A stretch of DNA of 64,000 bases, taken from an uncultured delta proteobacterium. Its GTDB lineage: Bacteria > Desulfobacterota > Desulfobacteria > Desulfobacterales > JAHEIW01. Made by a program: the position numbers and the translations under genes. This document shows, in pieces, positions 31,462 through 40,904 of this stretch. The stretch's first letter is position 1, and each line of letters opens with the position of its first letter. The notes beneath the pieces were generated by a model. That model was not told the DNA's origin. It did no database searches and saw nothing but the letters and a program-made list of their open reading frames with translations. The stretch lies in assembly GCA_963706575.1 (NCBI GenBank), contig CAVPNL010000006.1, forward strand, positions 640,001-704,000, read 5' to 3'.

Positions 31462-32664
31462 ATGAGAAGGACAGGCTTTTGGATTTTAGCGGCAATGGTG
31501 GCCATGGTATTCGGACTTACATTCAACGCCATGGCAGAAGAGGGTCTCACCGATACCGAAATTCATCTCGGGCAGTGGGGTCCGCAAACCGGCCCTGCGG
31601 CACCCTGGGGATCCGTGGCCCGGGGCACCGGTGACTATTTTAAAATGATCAACGCCGAAGGCGGCATCCACGGCCGCAAGATCGTCTATCACATGTTTGA
31701 CGATGCTTACAATCCGGCCAAAACAAAAGCGGGCGTCAAAGAGCTGCAGGAAGGTACCGGCATATTTGCCTGGTCCAGCGGCGTCGGCACGGCACCCGGT
31801 CTGGCGGTACGCGATTATATCCTGGAACGTAAAATCCCCTGGGTCGGGCCGGCCACGGGGTCTTCACATTGGATTACTCCGCCGAACAGATATCTGTTTG
31901 CGGTTTATCCCCTGTACTATATCGAAGCCAAGGCCCTGGTTCGGCTTGGGGTCGAAGAAATGGGTTTCAAGCGCGTGGCCATCGCCTACCAGAACGACGA
32001 CTACGGCAAAAACGGCCTTGAAGCTGCCAGGAAAGAACTGATTGCCCACGGCATGAAGCTGGTGGCCGAAGTGCCGGTGGAACTCAAAGATCAGGATATG
32101 AAACCCCATGTCATGAAGCTGCGCCAGTCCGAGGCGGACATGGTCCTGTTGTGGGTGGGTCCGGTTCATGCGGTTAGAATCATCGGCACCGGCAAAGCCA
32201 TGAAATTTACACCGCAGTTTATGAGCACCAGCACCTGCTCGGATTTCCCGCTGTTGATGCACATCAGCAAAGGCCTGTTCCAGGGTGTGATTGCGACCGC
32301 CTTCGGTGAAACGCCGGATTCCACTTTGCCGCTGCTGCAGAAATACAAAAAAGATGTCCACGGTCAATTCGCTGCCAAGGGCGAGCGCTGGGGGATGTTT
32401 TATTATGCCGGTATTCTTTTTGTGGAGCCGCTGATTGAAGGTCTCAAAAGAGCCGGACGCAATTTGACCCGCGAAGGCCTGGTAACCGCCATGGAGTCCA
32501 TAAGAGGATTCAAAGGAATCGGCGGCGAAATCAGCTATGATATTTTTAACCCCAGAAACGGCTACGGGACCCGCGGAGGGATGAAAGAAATCTATATCGT
32601 TCAATGCATGGAAGGCGGCAAGGCCAAGAAATTAAGCGACTGGATGAAAATCCAATATCCTTAA
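31462..32664 (+). CDS. Liv-type ABC substrate-binding protein
   Basis: Signal peptide; INAEGGIHGRKI, DDAYNP, YQNDDYG. Confidence 0.9.
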   Translation: MRRTGFWILAAMVAMVFGLTFNAMAEEGLTDTEIHLGQWGPQTGPAAPWGSVARGTGDYFKMINAEGGIHGRKIVYHMFDDAYNPAKTKAGVKELQEGTGIFAWSSGVGTAPGLAVRDYILERKIPWVGPATGSSHWITPPNRYLFAVYPLYYIEAKALVRLGVEEMGFKRVAIAYQNDDYGKNGLEAARKELIAHGMKLVAEVPVELKDQDMKPHVMKLRQSEADMVLLWVGPVHAVRIIGTGKAMKFTPQFMSTSTCSDFPLLMHISKGLFQGVIATAFGETPDSTLPLLQKYKKDVHGQFAAKGERWGMFYYAGILFVEPLIEGLKRAGRNLTREGLVTAMESIRGFKGIGGEISYDIFNPRNGYGTRGGMKEIYIVQCMEGGKAKKLSDWMKIQYP

Positions 32665-32681
32665 TTCGTTTCCATCCGAAA

Positions 32682-32776
32682 ACTCCCTCTCCCTTGATGG
32701 AGAGGGTTGGGGTGAGGGTGTAACCTCTCGATTTTACACCCCCTCACCTGGCCTCTCCCCCTTCAAGGGGGACAGG
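32682..32776. repeat. Palindromic intergenic repeat
   Basis: CCCTCTCCC..GGGAGAGGGTTGGGGTGAGGG...CCCTCACC..CCTCTCCC. Confidence 0.6.
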
Positions 32777-32805
32777 TAATAAAAGGATACTTGCGAACAG
32801 CTACC

Positions 32806-33576
32806 ATGGCTTTTTTTGAGATTCAAAATCTGGCGATCTCCTTCGGGGGGCTTACGGCCCTGCAGGATATTTCTTTTGAAGTCAACCGCGGCGAGATTTA
32901 TGCCATCATCGGTCCCAACGGGGCCGGCAAGACCACCCTGTTTAACTGTGTTAACGGCATCTATAAGGCCGATGAGGGGGAGATTCGGTTCAAGGACCGC
33001 CCCATCAACGGGCTAAAGCCGGATCACGTCGCCAGACTGGGTATCGCCCGCACCTTTCAAAACATCGAGCTTTTCAACCACATGAACACCATGGAAAACA
33101 TCATGCTCGGCCGCCACCTGCATATGCAAACCGGGCTTTTTAGAGGCATCGCCATGTGGGGCAAGCGCTCTTTTGCGGGCAAAGAAGAAATTGAACACCG
33201 ACAGAAAGTTGAGGAAATCATAGATTTTCTGGATTTGCAGGCAGCGCGCAATCAACTGGTGGGGGGGCTGCCGTACGGTGTTCAGAAGCAAATCGAGCTG
33301 GGCAGGGCCCTGGCGCTGGAACCCGAGCTGTTATTGCTGGATGAGCCCTGCGCCGGCATGAACGCCGAAGAAAAGCAGGATATGATTTTCTGGGTCAAAG
33401 ATATCCAGGATGAACTGGGGATTACGATTTTGCTGATCGAGCATGATATGACCATGGTGATGGATATCTCCGACCGCATTCTGGCCATTAACTTCGGCCG
33501 CATGATTACCGAGGGAACGGCCGAGGAGGTGCAGACGCATCCGGAGGTGCTCAAAGCCTACTTGGGAGAGGAATGA
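32806..33576 (+). CDS. ABC ATPase (LivG-like)
   Basis: GPNGAGKT, ARTFQN, LLLLDEP, HPEVLKAYLG. Confidence 0.93.
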   Translation: MAFFEIQNLAISFGGLTALQDISFEVNRGEIYAIIGPNGAGKTTLFNCVNGIYKADEGEIRFKDRPINGLKPDHVARLGIARTFQNIELFNHMNTMENIMLGRHLHMQTGLFRGIAMWGKRSFAGKEEIEHRQKVEEIIDFLDLQAARNQLVGGLPYGVQKQIELGRALALEPELLLLDEPCAGMNAEEKQDMIFWVKDIQDELGITILLIEHDMTMVMDISDRILAINFGRMITEGTAEEVQTHPEVLKAYLGEE

Positions 33577-33763
33577 CGATTGCGGATTGCAGATTTCGGA
33601 TTGCGGATTTCTAATGCCAGATATTTTTGATATTTCAATCTGCAATCCGCAATCAAAAATCCGCAATTAATTTTGCTCCAATACTCCGGTAAGTTGTGTG
33701 CACTCTATATGTTTTTTAGCAGAATCCAAATTTATAAACCAAGATGAAAGTTAGAACGAGCTC

Positions 33764-34540
33764 ATGACGGCGCTGCTGGAAATAAAGAATATCGAGACCT
33801 ATTATGATCTGATTTATGCCATCCGGGGCACGTCGTTGAGCGTTGAGGAAGGGACGATCACGGCTATCCTGGGTACCAACGGGGCCGGGAAATCAACCAT
33901 TCTCAAAACGGTCATGGGGCTGATTTACGATCAGCCGGACAAAGGCACCATTGAATTTAAAGGGCAGCGTATTGACGGCCAGGATACCGAAAAGATCGTG
34001 CGCCTGGGCATCTCTTATGTTCCTGAAGGGCGGGAAGTTTTTGAAGAGCTCAGTGTCAGGGAAAATTTGCTGATGGGAGCCTATACCCGCAAAGACCGCC
34101 ACCACATCGCCAAAGACTTTGATCGCGTTTACGGCTACTTTCCGGTCCTCAAAGAACGGCACAACCAGTGGGCCGGCACCCTGTCCGGCGGCGAGCAGCA
34201 GATGCTGGCCATCGGCAGGGCCCTGATGAGCCGGCCCCAGCTGCTTTTTTTAGATGAGCCTTCGCTGGGGCTTTCGCCCATTCTGGTAAAAGAAATTTTT
34301 GAAATCATCAAAACGATTCATGCAGAGGGAGTGACCATTTTGCTTGTCGAGCAAAATGCCCGCATGGCGCTATCCATCGCCGATGTTGGACTGATCATCG
34401 AAAACGGACGGTTTGTGATGAAGGGCAAGGCCAAAGAATTGATGGAAGATAAAGATGTTAAGGAGTTTTATATGGGGGTGCGGTCGGAGGCGTCGGTGAA
34501 GGGGTATCAGAGATGGAAGCGAAAGAAAGCCTGGCGATAA
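33764..34540 (+). CDS. ABC ATPase (LivF-like)
   Basis: GTNGAGKS, VPEGR, LSGGEQQM, LDEPSLGL, VEQNA. Confidence 0.93.
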   Translation: MTALLEIKNIETYYDLIYAIRGTSLSVEEGTITAILGTNGAGKSTILKTVMGLIYDQPDKGTIEFKGQRIDGQDTEKIVRLGISYVPEGREVFEELSVRENLLMGAYTRKDRHHIAKDFDRVYGYFPVLKERHNQWAGTLSGGEQQMLAIGRALMSRPQLLFLDEPSLGLSPILVKEIFEIIKTIHAEGVTILLVEQNARMALSIADVGLIIENGRFVMKGKAKELMEDKDVKEFYMGVRSEASVKGYQRWKRKKAWR

Positions 34541-34618
34541 AATTGGTTTTCAACCAATTTTATATTTTGTTTTTTACGTTTGATAAAATCATAAAAAGTC
34601 AATTTTTTCTGTTTTCCT

Positions 34619-34688
34619 GTCATTCCGGTGAAAGCCGGAATCCAGTAAATTCGAAATGTTCTGGATGCCGGATCAAGTCCGGCATGAC
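34619..34688. repeat. GTC/GAC-type REP-like double hairpin
   Basis: GTCATTCCGG..CCGGAATCCAG...CTGGATGCCGGATCAAGTCCGGCATGAC; near-identical copy at 38973-39051. Confidence 0.8.
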
Positions 34689-34821
34689 GATTTCGAGGAA
34701 TTTTTCTGGAACCATCAATCGCGGCAAGATGCCGCTCCCACAGCACATTTATTAATTTATCTTTCAGACGATGTAATTTCGCCTGTTAAACAAAATGAAT
34801 ATCGAATATCGAATCACAGAA

Positions 34822-34876
34822 GTAGGGTCGGCCTCCGTGCCGACCTCTGACCGGCGGGCGCAGAGGCCCGCCCTAC
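34822..34876. repeat. GTAG/CTAC-type REP-like palindrome
   Basis: GTAGGGTCGGCCTCCGTGCCGACC...GGCGGGCGCAGAGGCCCGCCCTAC. Confidence 0.75.
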
Positions 34877-34931
34877 TTCGATATTCTGCGGTTCTGCGGT
34901 TCAAGAAGTAAACGTTTCGAAAGTTAAAGCG

Positions 34932-36737
34932 ATGACCAAAAATACCAACGAGACCGTTCCCACCAGATTTCTAAAAGCGGTGGAAAAGTGGGGCGACCGC
35001 GTGGCCTTGCGCAAAAAAGAGTATGGCCTCTGGCACGACATATCCTGGCACGATTACTACGATCAGGTCAGATCCGTTGCCTGTGCCCTGATGTCAATGG
35101 GCCTCGAAAAGGGTGACACCGCGGCGATTATTGGCGACAACTGCCCCGAGTGGGTTTTTGCCAACCTGGGGATTCAATGCTGCGGGGCAGCCACCACCGG
35201 AGTATATGCTACCAATGCCTGGCAGCAGGTGGAATATGTCGTTAAAAATTCAGATGCCAAATTCTTTTTTGTTGAAAATGAAGAACAGCTGGACAAGTGG
35301 CTACGTTTTAAAGGCAATGTGCCGAATTTAAAGAAGGTGATCGTATGGGACACCGAAGGGCTGCGGCAATTCAAAGATCCTGTGGTCATGACGTTTGAGG
35401 AGCTGGTTGAAAGCGGCAGCAAGGTGGCTGCTGACAATCCAGAGATGTTTACAAAGCGTGTTGCCGAAGTCGAACCGGATGACGTCTCGGTCCTGGTCTA
35501 TACCTCGGGAACTACCGGTCCGCCCAAGGGCGCCATGCTGTCGCATGGCAACTGCCTGTGGATGGGGCATGCCATCACCACGGACAATCCCATGACCACC
35601 AAAGACGAGATCATGTCTTTTTTGCCGCTGTGCCATATATTTGAACAACTGTTTACCGTGCTGGGCCATATTACCTGCGGGCATGTCGTCAATTTTGTCG
35701 AAAGCATGGATACGGTGGCTGAAAACATGATGGAAATATCCCCCACGGTGGGGTACGCTGTTCCGCGAATCTGGGAAAAATATTTTTCGGTCATCCAGAT
35801 CCGCATGTCTGATGCCACCTGGTTTAAACGAATTATCTTCTATTTGGCTTTTAAAATCGGAAAGAAACGCGCTATTTTGAAGATGAATTTTAAAGCCGTA
35901 CCGTTTTATTTGGAAATGCTCTACCAGCTGGCCTATTTCGCAGTTTTTCGTAAACTAAAGCAGCGTATGGGCTTTGATCGTATACGTGTGGCTGTATCAA
36001 GCGCGGCTCCCATTGCCCCGGAAATTTTACAATTTTATCAATCCATCGGTGTGAATCTGGTCGAGGCCTACGGTCAGACCGAAGCTACTGGTGCGGTCAC
36101 GATTTCCAGGCTTGAACGCGTTAAGTTTGGCGCCGTTGGTCAGCCGCTGACCGGAATAGAAATAAAAATTGCGGATGACGGCGAGATCCTGGTGAAGTCA
36201 CCGGGGATTTTCAAAGGCTATTTCAAGAATCCGGAAGCGACCGCCGCTACGATCGTAGATGGCTGGCTGCATTCAGGCGATGTGGGTGAATTCGATGAAG
36301 ATGGGTTTTTGAAGATCACCGATCGCAAAAAAGATATCATCGTTACCGCCGGCGGCAAAAATATCACCCCCCAGTATATTGAAAACAAACTCAAGGCCAG
36401 CGTCTATATCAATGACGCCGTTGTCATCGGCGACCGGCGAAAATATTTAACCTGTTTGATCATGATCGATGAAGACAGTGTCGTAAAATATGCACAGGAT
36501 CACAAAATTCAGTTTTCAACATACAAGGATCTGACTCTGCATGAGGATATTCGAAAGCTGATCCAGAATGAAGTTCGAACGGTGAACGAAACTCTGGCAA
36601 GGGTTGAACAGATCAAAAAGTTTTGTATCCTGCCCAAAAAGCTCTACGAGGAAGACGGAGAAGTCACCCCCACCATGAAGGTCAAGCGCAAGTTCGTCAA
36701 TGAGGCCTTTTGTGAACTTATCGACAGCATGTATTGA
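34932..36737 (+). CDS. Long-chain acyl-CoA ligase (AMP-dependent)
   Basis: YTSGTTGPPKG, YGQTE, SGDVG, DRKKDII, TPTMKVKR. Confidence 0.92.
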   Translation: MTKNTNETVPTRFLKAVEKWGDRVALRKKEYGLWHDISWHDYYDQVRSVACALMSMGLEKGDTAAIIGDNCPEWVFANLGIQCCGAATTGVYATNAWQQVEYVVKNSDAKFFFVENEEQLDKWLRFKGNVPNLKKVIVWDTEGLRQFKDPVVMTFEELVESGSKVAADNPEMFTKRVAEVEPDDVSVLVYTSGTTGPPKGAMLSHGNCLWMGHAITTDNPMTTKDEIMSFLPLCHIFEQLFTVLGHITCGHVVNFVESMDTVAENMMEISPTVGYAVPRIWEKYFSVIQIRMSDATWFKRIIFYLAFKIGKKRAILKMNFKAVPFYLEMLYQLAYFAVFRKLKQRMGFDRIRVAVSSAAPIAPEILQFYQSIGVNLVEAYGQTEATGAVTISRLERVKFGAVGQPLTGIEIKIADDGEILVKSPGIFKGYFKNPEATAATIVDGWLHSGDVGEFDEDGFLKITDRKKDIIVTAGGKNITPQYIENKLKASVYINDAVVIGDRRKYLTCLIMIDEDSVVKYAQDHKIQFSTYKDLTLHEDIRKLIQNEVRTVNETLARVEQIKKFCILPKKLYEEDGEVTPTMKVKRKFVNEAFCELIDSMY

Positions 36738-37001
36738 TGTCAGAGGACAGATCCAGGTGATTGCGGATTTCAGATTGCGGATTGCGGAATTTTAATAGCC
36801 ACGGACCCGTCTTCGCTCTGGCAAGTTACGCCTCGGCACGCCCACACAGACACACACAGGTGATCTATAAAAAATATCCGCAGATTACGCAGATTACACA
36901 GATTATAAAAATAAGTTATGTAAAATTCGCCACCCCAATGGAATCCTCCTAAAGGCAACCCCTCCTGTAGCTGCCAGAAGCCAGTGACCGGAAGCCCGTG
37001 G

Positions 37002-37655
37002 TTATCTTGATGAAAGTTTAAATGTATTCATAACACCGTGGCAGCTGCAGGCGGTACTGAGTATTATCGGCTTTTGAGCGGCCTCAATTTCATTTAAGGC
37101 TGCAAACAAGGTTTGGGGGGTATACCCACCCACCCCGGGTGCCAGTTGATGGCTTCGAATCACAATGGTTTTTAGGTCTTTTCGCTGAATTGATTTCAGA
37201 AATTCATGCAGGACCATTAACCGCGGTTTAGCGGTATGGGTGCAGATTTCATCCGGCTCAGGGCAATTTTCGGGGCATTTAAAATCGGCGATACTGATAT
37301 AAATTTGGCCGGTTTCTGCGTTTATCGGATTGGGAAGTTCAGTGACGAGATCCTGCGGTACGGCGATTTTTTGTACGATGCGGGTCTTTGATAGTTTTGT
37401 TCTGATCCACTCATATGCCGTATGCAAAGGGATGGCGGGTACAATCCAGTCGGGATAAGGCGGGCTCGCCAGGTTGCGTTCAAGGTATTGAATACCGTCC
37501 ATGCAAACCGCCTCAAACCCCAGCCGATCCAACTGTCTGCATACCGTTTTTTCCTTCTCCACAATGGTCAGGTTCGTTAAGGGATGTTTTTTGCTGAGTA
37601 CTCTGGCGGCCCTGAGGCCAAATTTACCGCCACCGATGATCCAAAAGTTGTCCAC
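37002..37655 (-). CDS. Rossmann (TrkA-N-like) protein with Cys-rich C-terminus
   Basis: IIGGGKFG; CPENCPEPDEIC; TACSCHG. Confidence 0.7.
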   Translation of the reverse strand: MDNFWIIGGGKFGLRAARVLSKKHPLTNLTIVEKEKTVCRQLDRLGFEAVCMDGIQYLERNLASPPYPDWIVPAIPLHTAYEWIRTKLSKTRIVQKIAVPQDLVTELPNPINAETGQIYISIADFKCPENCPEPDEICTHTAKPRLMVLHEFLKSIQRKDLKTIVIRSHQLAPGVGGYTPQTLFAALNEIEAAQKPIILSTACSCHGVMNTFKLSSR

Positions 37656-37903
37656 GGCTGATTGTCCATAGCGGTTGTCAATATGTTCTATATGCCGGAT
37701 TTGCTAACAAGCGAAATGGTAGTTTGTAACGGCTTAAAATTATTAACGCATGACAACCGCTATATTATTATTTTTAACAAACAAGGTTATGAAGAAAAAT
37801 TACTAGAGCGTTTGGACCAAGTTACATTATACGTTCTGAATAACCCAATAAAGACTCAGAAAACTGCCTATATCGGAATAGTATTATGCCAAACGCTCTA
37901 TTT

Positions 37904-38626
37904 TCAAGAACCGGTGCTTTGCTTTTTAAGCATGGCGATCGGTTTTGCCATATCCAGAATATGGTTGTGAATCATTTCCAACTGATCCCCGGGTGCACCC
38001 AGCATCAGATCACATGGATCCACCGATGATTTTAGTCTGCAACCCAAACCCAAAAACGTAATGTTAGAAATCCCTTCAAGAAGGGGCAGGGCCGTAATAT
38101 CGGCACAGCCACCCAATGCGCCGCCGGATTGAGGAAGATCCATGCGCCCGCCCTTTTCATAATTCAAGGCGTAAAGCAGCCACATGACCTGCTCACTGTT
38201 GGCGGTAAATATCAAAACCTGCGGTGTTTGTTTGAAATATGACAGCGGCGCGATCAGAGCGGCCCGGGTTTTGCCTTTTTCCAGGTACGATGATTTGAGA
38301 ATCGTTTCAGCAGAAGCCTCTTCTGTTTCAAAGAGGCCCACACCGTACTTTTCTAAAACGCCATCATCCAGGAAGGCTTCCATGTCTTTTTCAAAACCCA
38401 AAACGGATGTTCCCAGTTTGCAGCCCATTTGCTCTTTTTTCAGAAGCAAGACCTCACCCTCACCGGCGGCGACCAGCGCATGGCAATAGCTTTTGTATTC
38501 TTTTTGCGTGAAGGGCACCTCGGTCGGCAACGGGTCTGTTTCCTGGTAAAGCAATACGCCAACCGGCTCATATTGAAGGGACAGGCTTTTAACCAGGTCT
38601 TGAGAAATGGTTCGAAAATCGTTCAT
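37904..38626 (-). CDS. DUF169-like protein
   Basis: EPVGV, YCHA, GCKLG, GCAD, LGCR Cys pattern. Confidence 0.7.
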   Translation of the reverse strand: MNDFRTISQDLVKSLSLQYEPVGVLLYQETDPLPTEVPFTQKEYKSYCHALVAAGEGEVLLLKKEQMGCKLGTSVLGFEKDMEAFLDDGVLEKYGVGLFETEEASAETILKSSYLEKGKTRAALIAPLSYFKQTPQVLIFTANSEQVMWLLYALNYEKGGRMDLPQSGGALGGCADITALPLLEGISNITFLGLGCRLKSSVDPCDLMLGAPGDQLEMIHNHILDMAKPIAMLKKQSTGS

Positions 38627-38864
38627 GTCATCTGCCTCATCATTTAGATTTTAATGAATTCGTAAAATGCTGAATTCGTCAAGTGTTTGGTGTTTCGTAT
38701 TTTGTGTTTCGTATAGCGTATATGACTATTTATCAATTTGATACAATTCTAAACACTAAACACCAAATACTAAACACTCTCGTAGCAAAAAAGCCGGTAA
38801 CAGACAACCGCCTTCTGCTGTCAAACTTGACACAAAATCATGAAACGAATATTAATTATAGCAA

Positions 38865-38882
38865 TTGTCATAAATATGACAA
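38865..38882. promoter_or_regulatory. 18-bp palindromic operator downstream of TTGACA (38827)
   Basis: TTGTCATA-AA-TATGACAA perfect inverted repeat in a divergent intergenic region. Confidence 0.55.
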
Positions 38883-38972
38883 ACACTCTATCTGAGCGGT
38901 CCGGAAGTTTTACCGTCATGCCCGCCTTCCAGACTGTCTCGTAATAATCAAGCGAGAAAAATGAGCCTTTTT

Positions 38973-39051
38973 GTCATTCCGGGCTTGACCCGGAATCCAG
39001 TGTTTTTTGAAAGTGTTACAGTGCTGGATGCCGGATCAAGTCCGGCATGAC
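38973..39051. repeat. GTC/GAC-type REP-like double hairpin
   Basis: Same family as 34619-34688; enclosed by AGACTGTCTCGTAAT / ATTACGACACAGTCT inverted repeats. Confidence 0.8.
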
Positions 39052-39133
39052 AGGCAGAATTTTAGCGCTATTTTGAATTACGACACAGTCTACTTTGCGG
39101 GATCTCATGTTTATACTGGAGTTTACTACGAAT

Positions 39134-39661
39134 ATGAATCGCAAAGGCTTACTGCTAATTTATACAGGCGAAGGCAAGGGAAAGACCACCGCGGCTTTAG
39201 GATTGGCGCTCAGAGCGGCCGGGCAGGGGCTGAACGTGCTTATTCTGCAGTTTATGAAACGCAATAAAAAAATTGGTGAATTCAAAGCGTTGGTCAAGGC
39301 CGGACTCCCCATCACCATGCGACAGTATGGACGGCGGGTTTTTTTCCGTACGAGGACCTGCGAGCCTATGGATATTTATCGGGCGCATCAGGGCCTTGAG
39401 GCTTTCAAAATAGCGATGAAAGACAATGCCTACGATCTCATCGTTCTGGATGAGATCAATATGGCGGTTCATTACGGTTTATTGAGTATTGCAGAAGTCG
39501 TCGCCGCAATTGAGCAAAAGCCCCCGGAACTGCATCTGGTGCTGACCGGCCGGAATGCGAATCAAAAGCTAATTGATATGGCCAACCTCGTAACTGAAAT
39601 GCGCGAAATAAAGCATCCTTACCACCAGGGGGTCTATGCCCAACGCGGAATCGAATTTTAG
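39134..39661 (+). CDS. cobO: Cob(I)yrinic acid a,c-diamide adenosyltransferase (CobO/BtuR)
   Basis: YTGEGKGKTTAALG, LQFMK, LDEIN, VLTGR, KHPY..AQRGIEF. Confidence 0.93.
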   Translation: MNRKGLLLIYTGEGKGKTTAALGLALRAAGQGLNVLILQFMKRNKKIGEFKALVKAGLPITMRQYGRRVFFRTRTCEPMDIYRAHQGLEAFKIAMKDNAYDLIVLDEINMAVHYGLLSIAEVVAAIEQKPPELHLVLTGRNANQKLIDMANLVTEMREIKHPYHQGVYAQRGIEF

Positions 39662-39739
39662 AAGCGTTCTGTTGGGCTTATCCGTCATTTTATGGATGTA
39701 ATAAAATGCCTCTTGAAAATTTAAGGAGTACAGAAACCA

Positions 39740-40501
39740 ATGGGTACTTTAGGAATTTTAACCTGTGAGATTCTGGAACTGGAATTTGCCAGGCTTTTGG
39801 CTGCGGACAAAGAAGTGAACCGCATTACGGTTCTTGAAGATGAACGCTCTGCTAACTTTATTGCAGCGCTTGAATCCATAAAAAAAGACAACTTAAAACG
39901 AATCACCAGCTTCAAGGCATTTACCCCTGCCGCCGAAAGCCCGCTGGAAGTCCTGGTTGGTGTTTTGGAGTTGGCTTTGCACAATCGCAAACACACCCTT
40001 CAACAGGGTTTAATTGAGGCCGCAGCTACAATTGGGCCCCATGTAGATGCCCTGATGCTCGGATATGGTTTGTGCGGTAACGCATTGGAAAACCCTCAAG
40101 AACTGCTCTCCGATGCCGGTGTGCCCATTTTTATCCCCATGGATGAGGATCATCCGGTTGATGATTGTATCGGTCTGCTCATCGGCGGGCGCGAACGGTA
40201 TTACGAAGAACAATGTGAGGTAGCGGGCACGTTTTTTATGATACCGGGCTGGACATACCACTGGAAGCGCATGTTTGAGCAGGAGTTTGGCAACCTGAGC
40301 CATGAAATGGCCAAACGGCTATTCAAAAATTACGAACGGTCACTTTTGATTTCGACGCCCATTATGTCCCTTGCAGACATGCAAAAAAATTCAAAAGCCT
40401 TTAATGAGTTGTTCGGTCTGCGTACCGATGTTTGCAACGGCACCCTCAGCATTCTCCAGAAGACCTGGGATACGGCTAAAGCACACTTGAATTCAACTTG
40501 A
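39740..40501 (+). CDS. DUF1638-like protein
   Basis: LELALHN, GYGLCGN, VDDCIGLLIGG, FFMIPGW. Confidence 0.8.
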   Translation: MGTLGILTCEILELEFARLLAADKEVNRITVLEDERSANFIAALESIKKDNLKRITSFKAFTPAAESPLEVLVGVLELALHNRKHTLQQGLIEAAATIGPHVDALMLGYGLCGNALENPQELLSDAGVPIFIPMDEDHPVDDCIGLLIGGRERYYEEQCEVAGTFFMIPGWTYHWKRMFEQEFGNLSHEMAKRLFKNYERSLLISTPIMSLADMQKNSKAFNELFGLRTDVCNGTLSILQKTWDTAKAHLNST

Positions 40502-40823
40502 AGTGGTTTCAAAATCTCAGATCAGGTTCCCCGCTTTAACGCGGGATTGCACGTCTTTATTTTAACAAATTAATGTGTGCATCAAGGGCTAAAAGTGCCT
40601 GAAGTAAACTAAAGCTTGGGCCTCACGCAAAGCCGCAAAAAAACACGCGCGCAAAGACCCGAAGGTTTTTTTATTGTTTAAACTAAAATTCTTTGCGGCT
40701 TAGCGGCTTTGCGTGAACAAGAAATTAAAATGGACAGAATTCCACTTTGCATCGATCGAAAAGACCCCTCTGTAAGCTCCCCCAACGCCTGGCCTCTTGA
40801 TAAAACCATCTTTTTTATGTAAA

Positions 40824-40846
40824 AAAATCAACTATTAGACGATTTT
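40824..40846 (+). promoter_or_regulatory. Shared operator copy 1 (half-site at 40802)
   Basis: AAAATCAACT-ATT-AGACGATTTT; AAAACCATCT 22 bp upstream. Confidence 0.75.
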
Positions 40847-40904
40847 CATATTTCAGACGGTCGTGTAAAAATTTAAAACGATAATTTAATGTCTCGGAAT
40901 TTCT

